A DNA stretch of 64,000 nt, from the NCBI RefSeq assembly GCF_006345805.1, contig NC_042999.1, positions 32,550,001 to 32,614,000 on the forward strand, written 5' to 3'. How positions within the stretch are numbered: position 1 is the stretch's first letter; the number at the start of each line of letters is the position of its first letter. Below the pieces are notes generated by a model. The model was not told the DNA's origin and did not search any database. It was given only the letters and a program-made list of their open reading frames with translations. A program made the translations under genes and the position numbers. This DNA comes from Octopus sinensis (lineage: Eukaryota). This document shows positions 49,449-63,340 of this stretch, in pieces.

Positions 49449-49765
49449 GTGGAGGCGCAATGGCCCAGTGGTTAGGGCAGCGGATTCGCGATCGGAGGAT
49501 CGTGGTTTCGATTCCCAGACCGGGCGTTGCGTGTGTTTATTGAGCGAAAACACCTAAAAGCTCCACATGTCTCCAGCAGGGGGTGGTGGTGGCGATCCCT
49601 GTTGTACTCTTTCGCCACAACTTTCACTCTCTCTTCCTGTTTCTCGAGTAACGCTCCGATGGACTGGTGTCCCGTCCAGCTGGGGGGGGGGGGGCATACG
49701 CCACAGAAACAGGGAAACCGGCCCCATGAGGCTGGCTAGGCTTGAAAAGGGCGATGTTCATCTTC
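49449..49765 (+). mobile_element. SINE family A with tail type 3, 13-14-bp TSD
   Basis: TSD ATAATAGACAAGC(G) at 49436-49448 and 49766-49778. Confidence 0.92.
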
Positions 49766-51199
49766 ATAATAGACAAGCGGTTCGGCACAAAAATATGCTA
49801 CCGAGTCAAAGAATTTCGATCTCACTGCACTGCGCTATTTACGTGATTGAAATTTGTAATATACACTTTTCTTAGAAGGAAAATTCTGTGCTAATTACGG
49901 TTGTATTTTTTCTACTTAAAATATAGTTGAACAAACTTCAACTGATACTAAACATCACCAACCCGATTACCACAATTGCATATCTTGAACAAATACAAGA
50001 ATTGCATTCCCTTCGTCCTATTCCAGTGGCGATATTGCCGTTAGTAATACTCTGTCCAGACAAATATATGCTTCACATCAGCTTTAATCCACTGAAAACT
50101 GGAGAAGTGTTCTTTCACTTCCACCAGATACGGGAAATATATGCATTTTGTCCTATATTTTTTCCCACATAATTTAGGATATTCATGCAATAGGGTTAGT
50201 TTGTTTTACTGATCAAGTTTTGTGACAAAATATATACAAAGAACTACTTTGCTGTCGTCTATTGTTCCATGTATGGTGGTATTATTACCCAAATATATTT
50301 TTTAAATAATTTTTTACAAATTAAAATGGCTGCAAGGTAATGGATTCATTAGTATGCCGGATAATAAGCTTTTCAGCATTTCGTCTGCCTTTACGCTCTG
50401 AGATCAAATTCCACTGTGATCAACCTCGGTTTTTGTTCTTTCAGGGTCGATAGATTAAATATCAGTCGATTACTGTGGCCGATGTATTGGACCCCCTCCC
50501 ATCACCACACACAACCACCACCACCACCAACAACAAAAACTGAAAAACCATACGAAAGTCTGAACCCATTATATACAAAATAAATTTTAAATTATTTTAA
50601 TTAAATACTATTCTTGAAAATCCTTTCCATTCAATTTAATAAGAACTTTATAAAACTCAGCATTAAAAAGATAAATACCGCCCACTTGCCGGAAGAAAAT
50701 GAAAAGGAAAAAAAATACAAATATTAACAGAATAAATGTATAACACTGAATTTATTATTAATTGAGGGAATCTTCAAAATCTTGTCGATTTCTGCCGAAA
50801 TGTATAATTATGTTTTTAATAGTATTGAAATATTTTAAAATCGTTTTAGTTGTCATCATCTTTCTTTCCCTTTGCTTTAATTAATTATTTCATTAAATGC
50901 TTTCGCTGCCTTTCCATACATTCAAGAACCCAAATATAGTAAAAGGTGTTTTCGATTAGATGTATTTAACAATTTTCATTAGGATTTAATATGGCCATTA
51001 GAATCTTTGTTAATTTTTTATTACTCTTAGTATTTCTTCGTCATTACTGATTTTGGAAACGGCACAGCAGCAGCAGGCTGCAGTAATACTGTTGTTTGTA
51101 GTGCTTGTGGTCGTACTAGTGAAATATATTTTCAGTCAACAATACCTTACTATCCTCATCTCAGTCCCGTTGAAGGCTTTGATATGTTATCCTTTATTT

Positions 51200-51645
51200 G
51201 ATCACTTGATCACTTTGACCGACCAGTCCGTCAGGCGTCCATTTGACACCGCTTGTCACAGCACGCTGTCCACTCCTCTCTGGATAGCGCCTTTCTCATC
51301 CACGTGATCCCAATCGTCCTCCTGAAATAATAATTCCACCGTCGTGGAGGTCTTCCGGGTGGTCTTTTCCGCTCACGCGAGTACCACTCGACAACTGCGT
51401 GCGTCCACCGGTTATCGGTGAGCCGGGCGACGTGTCCAGCCCATCTATACTTGCTGCGTGTATACTCTGCGATGTCATCTCTCACGCCGGACTTCTTTCT
51501 GATGATCTTGCTACTGATGTGCTCTCTCAACGAGATATCAAGCATTGACCTTTCCATTGCTCTTTGAGCCGTTACCAGTCTTTGCTCTTCTCTCTTTGTG
51601 GAAGCCCATGTTTCACTACCATATACCATTGCAGGCAGAACTTGG
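51200..51645 (-). mobile_element. RTE-clade LINE 3' fragment
   Basis: YGSETW...AQRAMERSML...RWAGHVAR...KRPPGRPPRRW...REEW, with a (GTGATCAA)n tail. Confidence 0.9.
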
Positions 51646-52524
51646 AAATGGGACAGTTATCATTTATTTACAATTTATTAATTATAGTTTATTTCTGTAA
51701 TTTAATTACGTTTAATTTAATTTGACTGCATGTGATTAAAATATGATATGGAAAGAATGTCATGCACAAATTGCCATAAATGTTATCTATTTATTAAATT
51801 GTATGATTTTGTTTCCGTTTCTTTTCATCTTCTCTGTTTTCTTTTCTGATCTAATCATTCCATTTCCCAGTTTATTTTGATTAAAAATCGTTTAACATTT
51901 CATTTGAGTTGCTTTATTGCGGGTAGCTTAATTTACAACTGAGGACAGAAGAGAAAAATGGAGAGAATTGGAGCTGTAGAGAACAAAGAAATTAAAAGAA
52001 AAGATTCATGAAAGTGCAAATTATAATATCAGCTGATACAGAGGGTTTCAATAATCAGGAAGATGTATTGAATTAACTATACATGCATTCAGCATATTCG
52101 TAAAACATTCTGTTTGAACAAAATACTATGGTGAATAACAAAAAGAAATTTTTTAAAAATTGATAAGTGCGTAACCACTCTGGTTACAAACTCTATTTAA
52201 AGACTTCTCCTTCCAAAACAACATAATGCACATGGGTTAGTCGAAAATATTATTTGCCATCTCTGCGAGCAAAAAACAAAAGAATATGCTCGTTTCATCA
52301 ATAGCAACGAAATGGTTAATGTAATTTTTAATTTTATTTTAGTGAACTAATTAGCTATGCAGTCATTCAATTTAGGCTTGGATTTTCTTATCAAATGATG
52401 CAATTTCGCTGGGTGATCTTTAGCTACTAGCCTTTTCAAGACGCTAAATGCATAGGAAATTTTCCGATCTTAAATTTACTTTTTTGGTCATGTTCTTATA
52501 TTTGTTAGTGTCAACGTTGTCAAT

Positions 52525-52719
52525 ACATTATTTACATTATTTACATTTGACGGATATTTGTCCTCATGTTGTTTGTTGTTAACACAACGTTTCGGTCGAT
52601 ATACCCTGCAGCCTTCATCAGTTGTCTTGGGAAAATTTCGAACCTGGGTTCTCATTCCTAAGGTATTTTTCGATGTTGTTGTTGTTGTTATTGTTATAAT
52701 AATAATAATAATAATAATA

Positions 52720-52766
<47 letters not shown>

Positions 52767-52993
52767 TATTATTATTCAGGTCACTGACTGGACTCGAACT
52801 CGGAATCCTGGGGTTAGTAGAACGCGCTCTTAACCACTACGCCATAGGGCGAAATTTCCCGAAGACACCTGATGAAGGCTGGAGGGTATATCAGCCGAAT
52901 CATTGTGTTAACAACAAAGGTGAGGACAAATATCCGTCAAATGTAAATAACGTAAATAACGTACATAACTCCTCATCTCTTATATATAGAACA
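52525..52993 (-). mobile_element. Composite tRNA-head/hammerhead SINE with inverted arms and probable TSD
   Basis: Head 52777-52846. HHR motifs at 52581-52626 (minus) and 52864-52909 (plus), each with point damage. TTGTCAAT at 52517-52524 and 52994-53001. Confidence 0.85.
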
Positions 52994-53243
52994 TTGTCAA
53001 TGTCATCGGCATTCTTGCATAACTTCCTCTTCTACTTGACTACCAAGATAGTGGTATACATGCTGTTGTATATCATAAAGTCTTTGCTCATAATGTTCTT
53101 TGTTACTGCTGGCCCACGTCATAATTTGCTAAATCTCAACCTGAAAATATCAGCGATTACTTTTTGTGCTAGTTATTGCTACTGTGGTTAGATTTTGGGG
53201 GTTCTACCCATCATATTGATGTTATTAGTACAACGAGTACTTC

Positions 53244-53482
53244 GAGGGCGGTGAACTGGTAGAATCGTTAGCACGCCGGGCGAAATGCTTAGCGGCATTT
53301 CGTCTGCCGCTACGTTTTGAGTTCAAATTCCGCCGAGGTCGACTTTGCCTTTCATCCTTTGCGGGTCGATCAAATAAGTACCAGTTACGCACTGGGGTCG
53401 CTATAATCGACTTAATCCTTTTGTCTGTCGTTGTTTGTCCTCTCTGTGTTTAGCCCCTTGTGGTTAGTAAAGAAATAGGCAC
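53244..53482 (+). mobile_element. SINE family C, full length
   Basis: Head ggcggtgaactggtagaatcgttagc, B-box-like gagttcaaattcc, and conserved core gtcgactttgcctttcatccttt. Confidence 0.85.
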
Positions 53483-54030
53483 TAGGAGTACTGTTCACAC
53501 TTTTACAGGCGTATGCGAGGGTGACAACGATAGCTACGAGGCTGCCTCACACGCCTTACATGCTCCTTCTCTCTTATCTTAGTGGCTAACATCATCACTA
53601 TCGTCATGTCTTTCTGATATCATTATATATATTTTGATATTTATGATTATCATTATGGACGATCATCAGGTATGTCCTCCATTTGTAAGACGCATCCTTG
53701 CACAGCCCAGCTCTTTGACGGAACTGCAGTCCTGGTTCAAGAAAAATTAAAATCATGCACCTGGCGACTGGAGTGGCATCAAGCGATCACTGTTCCCTAC
53801 CAGTCATGCATTTAACACTGTCACATCGTTCCATTGTTGTTTAGTGTATTTAGAAGAGGGCGCATTATTTAGAATGTTGTCGCTAAATCTGTTTAGGAGG
53901 TAATTTTGTCCTTCCTTTTCAAGAGAGATAGAGGTCAAGAAAAAACCTGTATGTTTCACACTTTCATTTTCTGACTGCTTCATGCAAACACAATGAATGC
54001 AACAATCTATTTGCTCTTTGATGTCTAACA

Positions 54031-54332
54031 TATCTTTATATATAAAAGTGAGGTTGTGTGTCTGTCTCCTACGATTTAGATTCCTAACTACTCCCACATT
54101 TTGCGGTGCAGTTTAACCAAAAGCGGGTATCTTATAGTCGTGATTCATATCGAGCCCTTCTGGGTATTAGCGCGCGTCTACGATGAGTCTACGATTAAAA
54201 AAAAATTTAACATCGTTTTTTCCCATTTTTAATGCATTTTTTCACTATTATATAAGGGAAGTAACTCTCTAAAAAATGCTTATATAGTTATTTCCCTTAC
54301 AAACCCGAGCAACGCCGGGCGATACTGCTAGT
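54031..54332 (-). mobile_element. Helitron/Helentron-like repeat (variant 2)
   Basis: Reverse complement of 36585-36974, lacking an internal segment. Confidence 0.55.
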
Positions 54333-54537
54333 TGAGGATAAATCAATTTTGTAGTGGCTGAGACATGCATGTCATTTCACTCATAAAATCGTGTATTTAT
54401 TTCAATTTCATGTAATGTTGTAAAGTAAGAATCAAGCCCTACCATAAATAACAGACTTATATACATCATTATTTTTACAAACAAGTTTCAGTTACTTAAG
54501 AATTCAGACATCTCTGTCTGTCTCTCTTTCTTTTCTT

Positions 54538-54581
<44 letters not shown>

Positions 54582-54682
54582 TTTTCTGTACATACACATA
54601 CATATACATACACAGGATACATGTGTGAGTGTGTGTGTGGACAAAATCTACCAAAGTTTGGTAGATAGATGCGCACATGTGT

Positions 54683-55057
54683 ATCTCTCTCTATATAAAC
54701 GGCAGTTTGTCTGTGCGTGTTTCTGTGTGTCTGTTTGGTTGTACCCTCACCCTGACCACGGCTTTCAACCGATTCTGATGAAACTTGACACACACATAGC
54801 TCAATGTCATAATTCAAAACTAACGCAGCGAAAATTTTGAAAAGTTCTGAAAAATCGATAAATTCGACATGGGGTCGAGAATCAGAAACCCAAACCACAG
54901 ACTGTCTAGGGGACGCAACTCGACCTTTTTTAACTCTCAAAAAAATTTACCATATTTTTTTTTCCATTTTTTTGCTATTTTTTGGCTATAACTCTCTAAA
55001 AATGCTTTATAGTTATTTCCCTTACAAACCTGAGCAACGCCGGGCGATACTGCTAGT
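54683..55057 (-). mobile_element. Helitron/Helentron-like repeat (variant 1)
   Basis: Reverse complement of 7531-7900. Confidence 0.55.
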
Positions 55058-55341
55058 GTTATATAAGTGAATATACACAAATATACACAAACGGTACGTA
55101 TATATATATATTTAGTGTTTTGGCTGTTAGCTCCCATACTATATTTCAAAGAATATAGGCAATATTCTTTCATATACTGCCTATTCATTACCATTTTCTA
55201 CCATATACATATTATCGAATATTCTTATCTAATCATAAACGAACACATCACTCAAGTCATTACTTTGCTGCGCTTTAACTAAACCAATTTTTTACCTTTT
55301 TACAAAATATGTTAACAGTTGAAACCATACAAGGATGTAAC

Positions 55342-55757
55342 TTACTCTTTTTACTCTTTTACTTGTTTCAGTCATTTGACTGCGGCCATGCTGGAGCACC
55401 GCCTTTAGTCGAGCCAATCAACCCCGGGACTTATTCTTTGTAAGCCCAGTACTTATTCTATCGGTCTCCCTTTTGCCGAATCGCTAAGTGACGGGGACGT
55501 AAACACACCAGCATCGGTTGTCAAGCAATGCTAGGGGGACAAACACAGACACACAAACACAGACACACACACATATATATATATACATATATACGACAGG
55601 CTTCTTTCAGTTTCCGTCTACCAAATCCACTCACAAGGCATTGGTCGGCCCGGGGATATAGCAGAAGACACTTGCCCAAGATGCCACGCAGAGGGACTGA
55701 ACCCGGAACCATGTGGTTGGTTAGCAAGCTACTTACCACACAGCCACTCCTGCGCCT
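55342..55757 (-). mobile_element. SINE family B
   Basis: Full-length reverse-complement copy. Confidence 0.92.
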
Positions 55758-56048
55758 TATAAGTAATCTGTGTAAATCGTTCAAAATATTAGAACAGATG
55801 CAATGTATTTAGATGTTTCTTTAACGCATTGGATAAAATGACTTGACGAAGACGATTTGGATTACTTCGTTGTAGATTCTATCAAATAAAGCAGCAGTCA
55901 AGTACTAAATTAATATTCAGGAAACTTTACGCCTTCTACAGAAAACTCTCAAATACGTAACTTTGTACCAGTGTAATAAATCAATATTTCATCCCAGACG
56001 TCCAGAAAAAGAAATTAAAATTTAAATGAGTCAGGATAGTAAAATACC

Positions 56049-56238
56049 AGTCGCTGAATATTAAGGTTATAACTTTTTCACAATGTAATAATCTTATACT
56101 GTAATTCGATGAATAATTTCCTAAAAGTCATGGAAGTAACATTAGTCGCTGAATATTAAGGTTATAACTTTTTCACAATGTAATAATCTTATACTGTAAT
56201 TCGATGAATAATTTCCTAAAAGTCATGGAAGTAACATT
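56049..56238. repeat. Exact 95-bp tandem duplication
   Basis: 56049-56143 = 56144-56238. Confidence 0.9.
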
Positions 56239-56859
56239 TATTTTGCTTTATTTGAAAAATAAGTCACCCGCAAATTGAGAAATCAAACATTATTTATTAC
56301 CCAAACCATGCAAAATTCTAGTATGGTTCATAACGCCTACTCAAGTGTTTACTAAATTTGGTGTGCCAACGCAATGCAATGCAGAAATAGTATATCTTAA
56401 AGTTCAGTCTTCTATTTGAAGTTGCTTCGTAGTTATTGGCTTTTAAATCTATAATCACTAGCTGGCACTAGATTCACACTTCATTATTTCTGCAGCCTAA
56501 ATCCTTGTAAACGCAAGAGAGAAGTGGAATAAAATTATATTTATATATTTTTAAGATTACTGCATTGAAATTGCTATGTAAAAGTTCAAAACTATGCTAT
56601 TTTAAGACATTGGCCTCTACAAGCATTCGATAACATACATATGTTTTAATAAAATACATATTTTGAACTTAATAGGTTTAATTCCAATTTTAAATAACTG
56701 TTTAAATAAAGGCTGCAGAATGTTAGCAAAATTGTTAACATGACAAAGAAATAATATGTTTTGTTAGATAAAATAAATAGAAGCTGAAGTTTTTCCTTCC
56801 TTTTACAAACAGCATAAAGATCTTGAAGACACTTGATTGCCCGTTCTGCAATCTGATGT

Positions 56860-57790
56860 GTTCTAGGAATTTCGTTTTGATGGTTCTCGACTCCAAAAGT
56901 TTTTTTTATGAACTTGGAGGCTATCAGTAAACCAAAAATCTGCCCAGCTGTAAGAAATTAATCGACAAACATAGAGAAGGAAAGCTCTTTTCTCTGGTGG
57001 AAGAATACATGCCAAAAGTGTTTGTATTGCTCGAGAATACCATCTTGCATTACTTAAGTTGGGTAGTTTGTGAAACATTACAGTAGGAAATTTGGTGGTC
57101 AAATGAGATAGAAATTTCATGCCAAATTAGTAATGCTAATTCAGTAATCTTTTCTTCACCATTGTTAAAATTAGCCTTGAGTTTCTCGTAACCTCTTGGG
57201 ATGAATGTATATTCAATATTGGGAGATGCCTTCTTTCTCCAAACTCGTTATCCATTACAGCACGAAGAACTGTATCAAGGATATGATGCTGACAACCAAT
57301 AAATTGCGGTTCTTTGAAGCCCTTTTGGACAAGCAGTCTTTGCAACTGAATGACTGTGCCGTTTCTTTTCCTAGTGTTCACACTTGTTGTATCAGTGACA
57401 ATCATTAAACATTTCTATAAATTGTTTTCATCTGAAACAGCTGTTATTTCTTTCACAACAGTATCAGCTTTTCCTTTGGTAATACGAGGAATTCTATCTT
57501 AACTTCTCGCTGTTCTTTCTTTAAAACCAGCACGTTGTATTCTTGGTCATTAATACGCTTCCCATCAAAATGCAATGTACAGTTTTCTAAATGTAGTGTT
57601 TTCTTCATTTTCCTTTTTAGTTTAACAGCTTCTTTGAGAGTCGATCTGTAAATACCAGATTGGTAAAGAGTCTGGACATTGATTACATCTTGAAATAATT
57701 GTCGATAAACTGTTGCTGTTTTGGGAGTTGATTGCTTGAAAGATATTACTAACTTGGCTGCAGTACCAGTTTTGCTATACTTCATCCTTT
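56860..57790 (-). pseudogene. DDE transposase remnant of the CxxH group (hAT-like)
   Basis: LHFDGK, VTDTTSVNT, GCQHHILD (CxxH) and NARW motifs in three broken frames. Confidence 0.65.
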
Positions 57791-57819
57791 TTATGTGGAT
57801 TCTTCATCTGACTTTTCGG

Positions 57820-58222
57820 ACTCTCTTACTCTTTTCTCTTTTACTTGTTTCAGTCATTTGACTGCGGCCATGCTGGAGCACCGCCTTTAGTCGAGCAAAT
57901 CGACCCCAGGACTTATTCTTTGTAAGCCCAGTACTTATTTTATCGGTCGCTTTTGCCGAACCGCTAAGTGACGGGGACGTAAACATACTAGCATCGGTTG
58001 TCAAGCAATGCTAGGGGGACAAACACACACACACATACATAAATATATATACATATATACGATAGGCTTCTTTCAGTTTCCGTCTACCAGATTCACTCAC
58101 AAGGCATTGGTCGGCCCGGGGCTATAGCAGTAGACACTTGCCCAAGATGCCACGCAGTGGGACTGAACCCAGAACCATGTGGTTGGTTAGCAAGATACTT
58201 ACCACACAGCCACTCCTGCGCC
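57820..58222 (-). mobile_element. SINE family B, adjacent to or inserted in the hAT-like remnant
   Basis: Full-length reverse-complement copy. Confidence 0.92.
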
Positions 58223-59682
58223 TTTTGATATTCACTTTCAGTCTCTGCTTCAGTCTTTGACGATGACACTGGATTTGCTCTGGTTGAAGTTGGCACTAAG
58301 AACACTTTTCATTTGGATTGATGGATAGTTGTGGAACTGGCTGCTTTTCCTGTTGCATACTCAACTGTCCTTTGCATTCAATTTGAAGATAATATAACTT
58401 TCTACCCTCACTGCACAGCTATTCACCGTTTTCCTTTGTGATGTCAAAAGTTCCCTTCAATGAATCGTATTTTCCTCATTTTAAACATTTATCGCAGGTA
58501 TTCAGCATTTTTATACTTTTGCTCGTACATTTTGATTTGATAAATATGGGGAATTTAATGTCTTTTACCATAAAAAGTTACTTCTTTCGAAATTTCCTTT
58601 GTTCTTTCATTCCTTTGATGGTACCTCCAAGGAACAGATAGCGACCGACAATTTGAAGCGTCATTGGCGGTCTTTCGTCTGTCCTTAGGCTCTGAGTCCA
58701 AATTCGTTTATCAATGAAATAAGTACCAGTTCAAGTCCCGAGGTTAAAGTAAACGACCTCCCCACCTCATCAAAAATACTGGTACTGTGCCAACATTTGA
58801 AACACATATTTTCGTTACTGTTGTTGTTGGACTTTTAGTGGTGGTTTTTTTGTTGCTAAAATGATCAGCTTCAGCAGTACAATTACCATCCCCACAACTA
58901 CCATCATCCTTATTATTACTGTTTGTGTTGATATATTGTTGGTCTTACCATTTTTTAAAAATATTTTGTGACGTTCATCTCTAGTTACATTCCTCATTGC
59001 CAAGACGTTGATTAATATTTGTGATTTAATTTCATCAGCGTAAGTGGTGGAGTATTTCGAAATAATGTTGCCTGTCAAGGTCATGGCTTCACAATTAACG
59101 TTTCGCTAATAAAATTCTCTCTTTCACTCGCATTAGATGACAAAAGGCAACCACATCTGATCACTAGCAGATGTCTTAAACTTCGTGCACGCTTTCATCT
59201 TCACATACAACCAGAATCATTCTCTTCGGTGTGAGTGAAGGTAAGAAATGAATCTTCTAAAAAACAAACAGAAATAAATGTTATCCACAATAATAAAATT
59301 CTATATTCCCTGGGTAAAAAAAAAACGGCTAATAATAAAGACATAATACGCTACTGAACATATTCGTGTTGTTGTTCATATCTGAACTAATGTTGATCAC
59401 TAGCATTCCCGTAAATACCATTGCTTTTCACATGATACTATTTGTCAAGGACTAATTAAAAAGTGTTCGTTTTTTTCTTTCTCTGCAAGGAAAGGAAATT
59501 GAAAGAGACTTATTTATTTCATGGTTTGGGCTGCTATCTCTGTTATGTCAAAAACACCCACGTAGAAACATCCCAGTTGACTTTGGGATTCTTTCAAATG
59601 ATGTATACATTTCTATAAACGCATTAACTGAACCATTATATTTTGCATTACAATATTTTTTACATTTATAATTTTTTCGATG

Positions 59683-59705
59683 TTCTTCTTCTTCTTCTTC
59701 TTCTT

Positions 59706-59783
<78 letters not shown>

Positions 59784-59812
59784 ATTATTATTATTATTAT
59801 TATTATTATTTA
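59683..59812. repeat. (CTT)n(ATT)n compound microsatellite
   Basis: Read directly from sequence. Confidence 0.9.
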
Positions 59813-61394
59813 ATTTTCTTTTACGTAAGTAATAGGATATATAATTTCTAACAGTATGTAGTGGCGTGATGTACAACTTTGATTAGCGACATGGCTGTAT
59901 AAGGTATTTATGACATTTAATGTAAGGTTACAAATAAAATTCAGTGATTAAATTTGTTTTATGATACACCTCCTTCTTGGAATCTTATAGGAAAATCAAA
60001 ATTTTTACCAGGAATATTGATAGTTTCTTTCAGAAAATTGAAACGATCATTAGGAGAAATAAATAGTAAAGTATTTCGTTTCCGCGCTGCAGTATCACTA
60101 AAAATTGGAGGTAATACAAGGATATATAGTATTACAATATGAATACTATTTTATGTGTACATTTTTAGATATATTTGGCAAAAAATGGGACAAACGTAAA
60201 GGAAACCAATAATAAATAGCTGACAACGCTAAAGCAGTTAGATAATATATATATTATAATCAGACATCAAGGTAAAAATATAGAACTATAAGCAGGGCAA
60301 TATAAACGAACACAAGTCGTAATTGGAATGTACAACAATGAGAAAAAAAAAACAAAAAAACAGAAAACACCTACAAAATCAACAAACGATATCTATCAAA
60401 TAGTGATAGATTTATATGTAAAGAACTAGAAATAGTGAACAGAGAAGACAGTCTCTTACAAAATGTGCTTTGTAAAGAAAGAACTCAAGTAAATAGAATT
60501 AGGTTGAATGTATTCACTAATGAAGGCAAAACAATGCTCAGTAAAATATATTTGTCAAAATGTTGGATGAAGATTCCAAATTATTTGACTAAATGCCACG
60601 CATTCATTTTCAAGTAAGATTATTTAATCGTTTTGATGCGACTCTATGCTATACTGTCTTCTAGCCCATCGTTTTCTCTCATCTTTTGCTCTAATTCCCT
60701 ATTTCTCCCCTTCACCGCCTTCTATCCGTCTCTCTCTCCTCTTTCTCCTTTTCTCTCATTGTTGCTCATTGTTCTTCATCTGATCGTCTTTCTTTTCTTT
60801 CAGGATTGTTCTAAGACTTGGACGTATTCTATCTTAAATGGAAAGTACTTGCTTCGGCACCTTCCTATCAACTTAATATTAAATATGTTTTTATACTTTA
60901 ATGAAAATTCTTTTTTCTTTCGGCTGAAGATCCCGTTCTTAACCTCAGGGATGAACACAACGTCTCTTGTATTCATATAACTAAGTTTGTATTTTCTAAA
61001 TATTATATAGCTACTTTTATTTTTATTATTACTAAAATACTTGTTTAAATTATATAATTACTTGCTCACTATTTCCCTCATTTCTTTATGGTAAACCCTT
61101 CTCAATTTTTACAATCTCTATGTCTTTATTACCATCTATATATATTGATATATAGTTTTATATACATCTATATATATTGATATATAGTTTTATATACATC
61201 TATATAGACTCATACATATCTGCTTTTATATTACAACTTGTTTGGAGAGAAAATAAGTTTTCCTTCCTATATGCAGGTCCATATTGTAATTTTAATATTG
61301 GGATATAGTATTTCTTAGTAAGTCAAGTTTTCTCATTCCGTATGCTTATATGCGTCTTAAATTCTTTTATTACTGTTTAATAGTTTTTTAACTC

Positions 61395-63030
61395 CCTGTT
61401 GCGCTTCGTCAATAGCTCTTCGTCAGAGCTTTCATCTTCGACACTCCCATTTGTCCGCTGTGGAATTGCTGTAATACACGTTTTTGTAATGTAGTCGGTT
61501 CTACAAATCTTTGCGCATACACCAGAATATCTTTATCCTGCTTAATTTTTAAACCTTCTATCAGTTTTGTAATATACTCATTGCCTACAGATTTCATTCT
61601 TATATTCGGTGCGTTCGCTAGCAGTTCTTGGATGACATTAGTCATAATAATATTTTTTTTCGTTTTCTGCCTGCAGTGCGGTTGTCACGGTCTTTTCCAG
61701 TGGGTCCGTATTTTTGGAAATTAGTCACGATAGACAGTCCACATGACCAATTTGTTTCGAGGGAATATACTGCATTTTGAAATTGTAATTTAGTAATATC
61801 ATAATCCAACATTGGAGTCGGTTCGCTATATGGGTAGGTAACCCTTTCTTTGACCCATAAATTGATAGCAATGATCGATGATCTGTTTGTAATAAAAAAC
61901 GTCTACCATGTAGAAACCTTTGACATTTTTTAATAGCAGAGATAATCGATAGGGTTTCTTTTTTCTATCGGACTGTATTTTTCTCTGCCGTTATCAGCAA
62001 GCATGAAACGTGAATCACTGGTTTCATACTTCCATATTTATACTTGTGTAGCAAAACTGCTCCTATTCCGTACTCCGATGCATCAAAGGCTACAACACTG
62101 TCAATTTCAGGATCGAAATGCACTAGAGATAAAACTTCGATTACATTCCTTTTATATCTTCAAACGCGTTTTGGCATTTAACCGACTAACTCCATTCTGC
62201 TTTTTTTAATAAGTCATTCAATGGAGCTCTTAATTTGTGCATGATAGGAATGTAGTTTTGCTAGTGGTTTGCCAACCCAAGAAACGCCTATAATGTTGGT
62301 GTATTTGTCAGGCCATCTACTATTTTTATCATTTATTTTCCCTAAGTACTTAATTTGAGGTAAAAAGAATTCACATTTTTCTTCATTCAAAGTGAACCCA
62401 TACTCTTTAATTTTCTTGAATACAGCTTTTATATGCTCCACATGCTGTTCACGAGAATTACTCTCAATCAATATATCGTCTAAATAAGGGATTGCAAATT
62501 CACTATCACATAACATAGCGTCCCATGTTTTGCCGAAATATTGCCGGTACAACCTTTAATCCAAAAGGTAACCAGGTATATCTCTACAATCTTCTATGTG
62601 TATATATAGTCAGATACTTTGAGCATTTGACATTTACTTTTATCTATACATAGGCTTCGGACAGATCAAATTTGGAGAAAATTTTTCCATCACTAAATTG
62701 TGCGAAAATGTACTCCGGAGTCAGGAGTGGATGGTGGCATGACTTTAAGCAGTCGTTCAATCCTGTAGAATAATCGGCACACGGCCTAATCTTATTTTTC
62801 TTTTTAATGCACACCGTGGGCACTGCCAGATTAGAGTAATCCACCTTTTCGATGATTCCACTCTTTTCCAGTCTGTCCAATATTTCATTTACAATTTCAA
62901 TTGCCGCGAGCGTTACGTTTCTGTTAGACTTAAAAACAGGCACATTGTTCTCACTTATTTGAAAGCAGGCTTCAGTCTTTTACATAGATCTAAGTCCTCC
63001 GATAGTACTTGAGGAAGCATATATTTTCAT
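61395..63030 (-). pseudogene. Ty3/Gypsy LTR-retrotransposon pol remnant (RT, RNase H region, integrase N-terminus)
   Basis: IRPCADYSTGLN, FSKFDLSEAY, PYLDDILI, KCEF...IKYLG and VLQQFHSGQMG in RT-RH-IN order, with many frameshifts. Confidence 0.88.
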
Positions 63031-63109
63031 TCACGTAGGCACCACTGAAGAGATCTGTTAACATTTGATTGTATGGGATATACGGGACATATACTGTTAT
63101 CATAATATT

Positions 63110-63340
63110 GATAGGTCTGTAAACTAACACAAGAGCAATTGGATATAATAATATATAATGATGTAATTAGGTCGTTGAAAGGAATAACTCGCCTTTACAT
63201 TACTGGCTATCGGCAGTTTTGGAAGTTTTTAGCTACTAGTTGTGTCACTGATAATATTCAGCCCAGGGTTAATAGAGTTGGCATATTAGGTTGTGCATTA
63301 TAGGACTGGCCATCATATTTGTTTTGGAATACGCACCGTT
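63110..63340 (+). pseudogene. Possible very decayed PIF1/Helitron helicase fragment
   Basis: KLTQEQLDI, LYITG..GSFG and YRTGHH fragments loosely resemble the PIF1 N-terminus and Walker A. Weak. Confidence 0.2.

Noticed and set aside
53600-53680. Minus-strand CTGATGA...GAAA as a hammerhead
   Set aside because: Stems II and III do not pair; a chance co-occurrence.
56049-56238. CRISPR-like or regularly spaced repeat arrays (here and in the 34.3-34.8 kb array)
   Set aside because: There is no repeat-spacer alternation and no cas genes, and the context is eukaryotic.
60918-60970. CTGAAGA-TCCC..GGGA-TGAAC as a hammerhead
   Set aside because: GAAA is not intact and there is no stem I complement.
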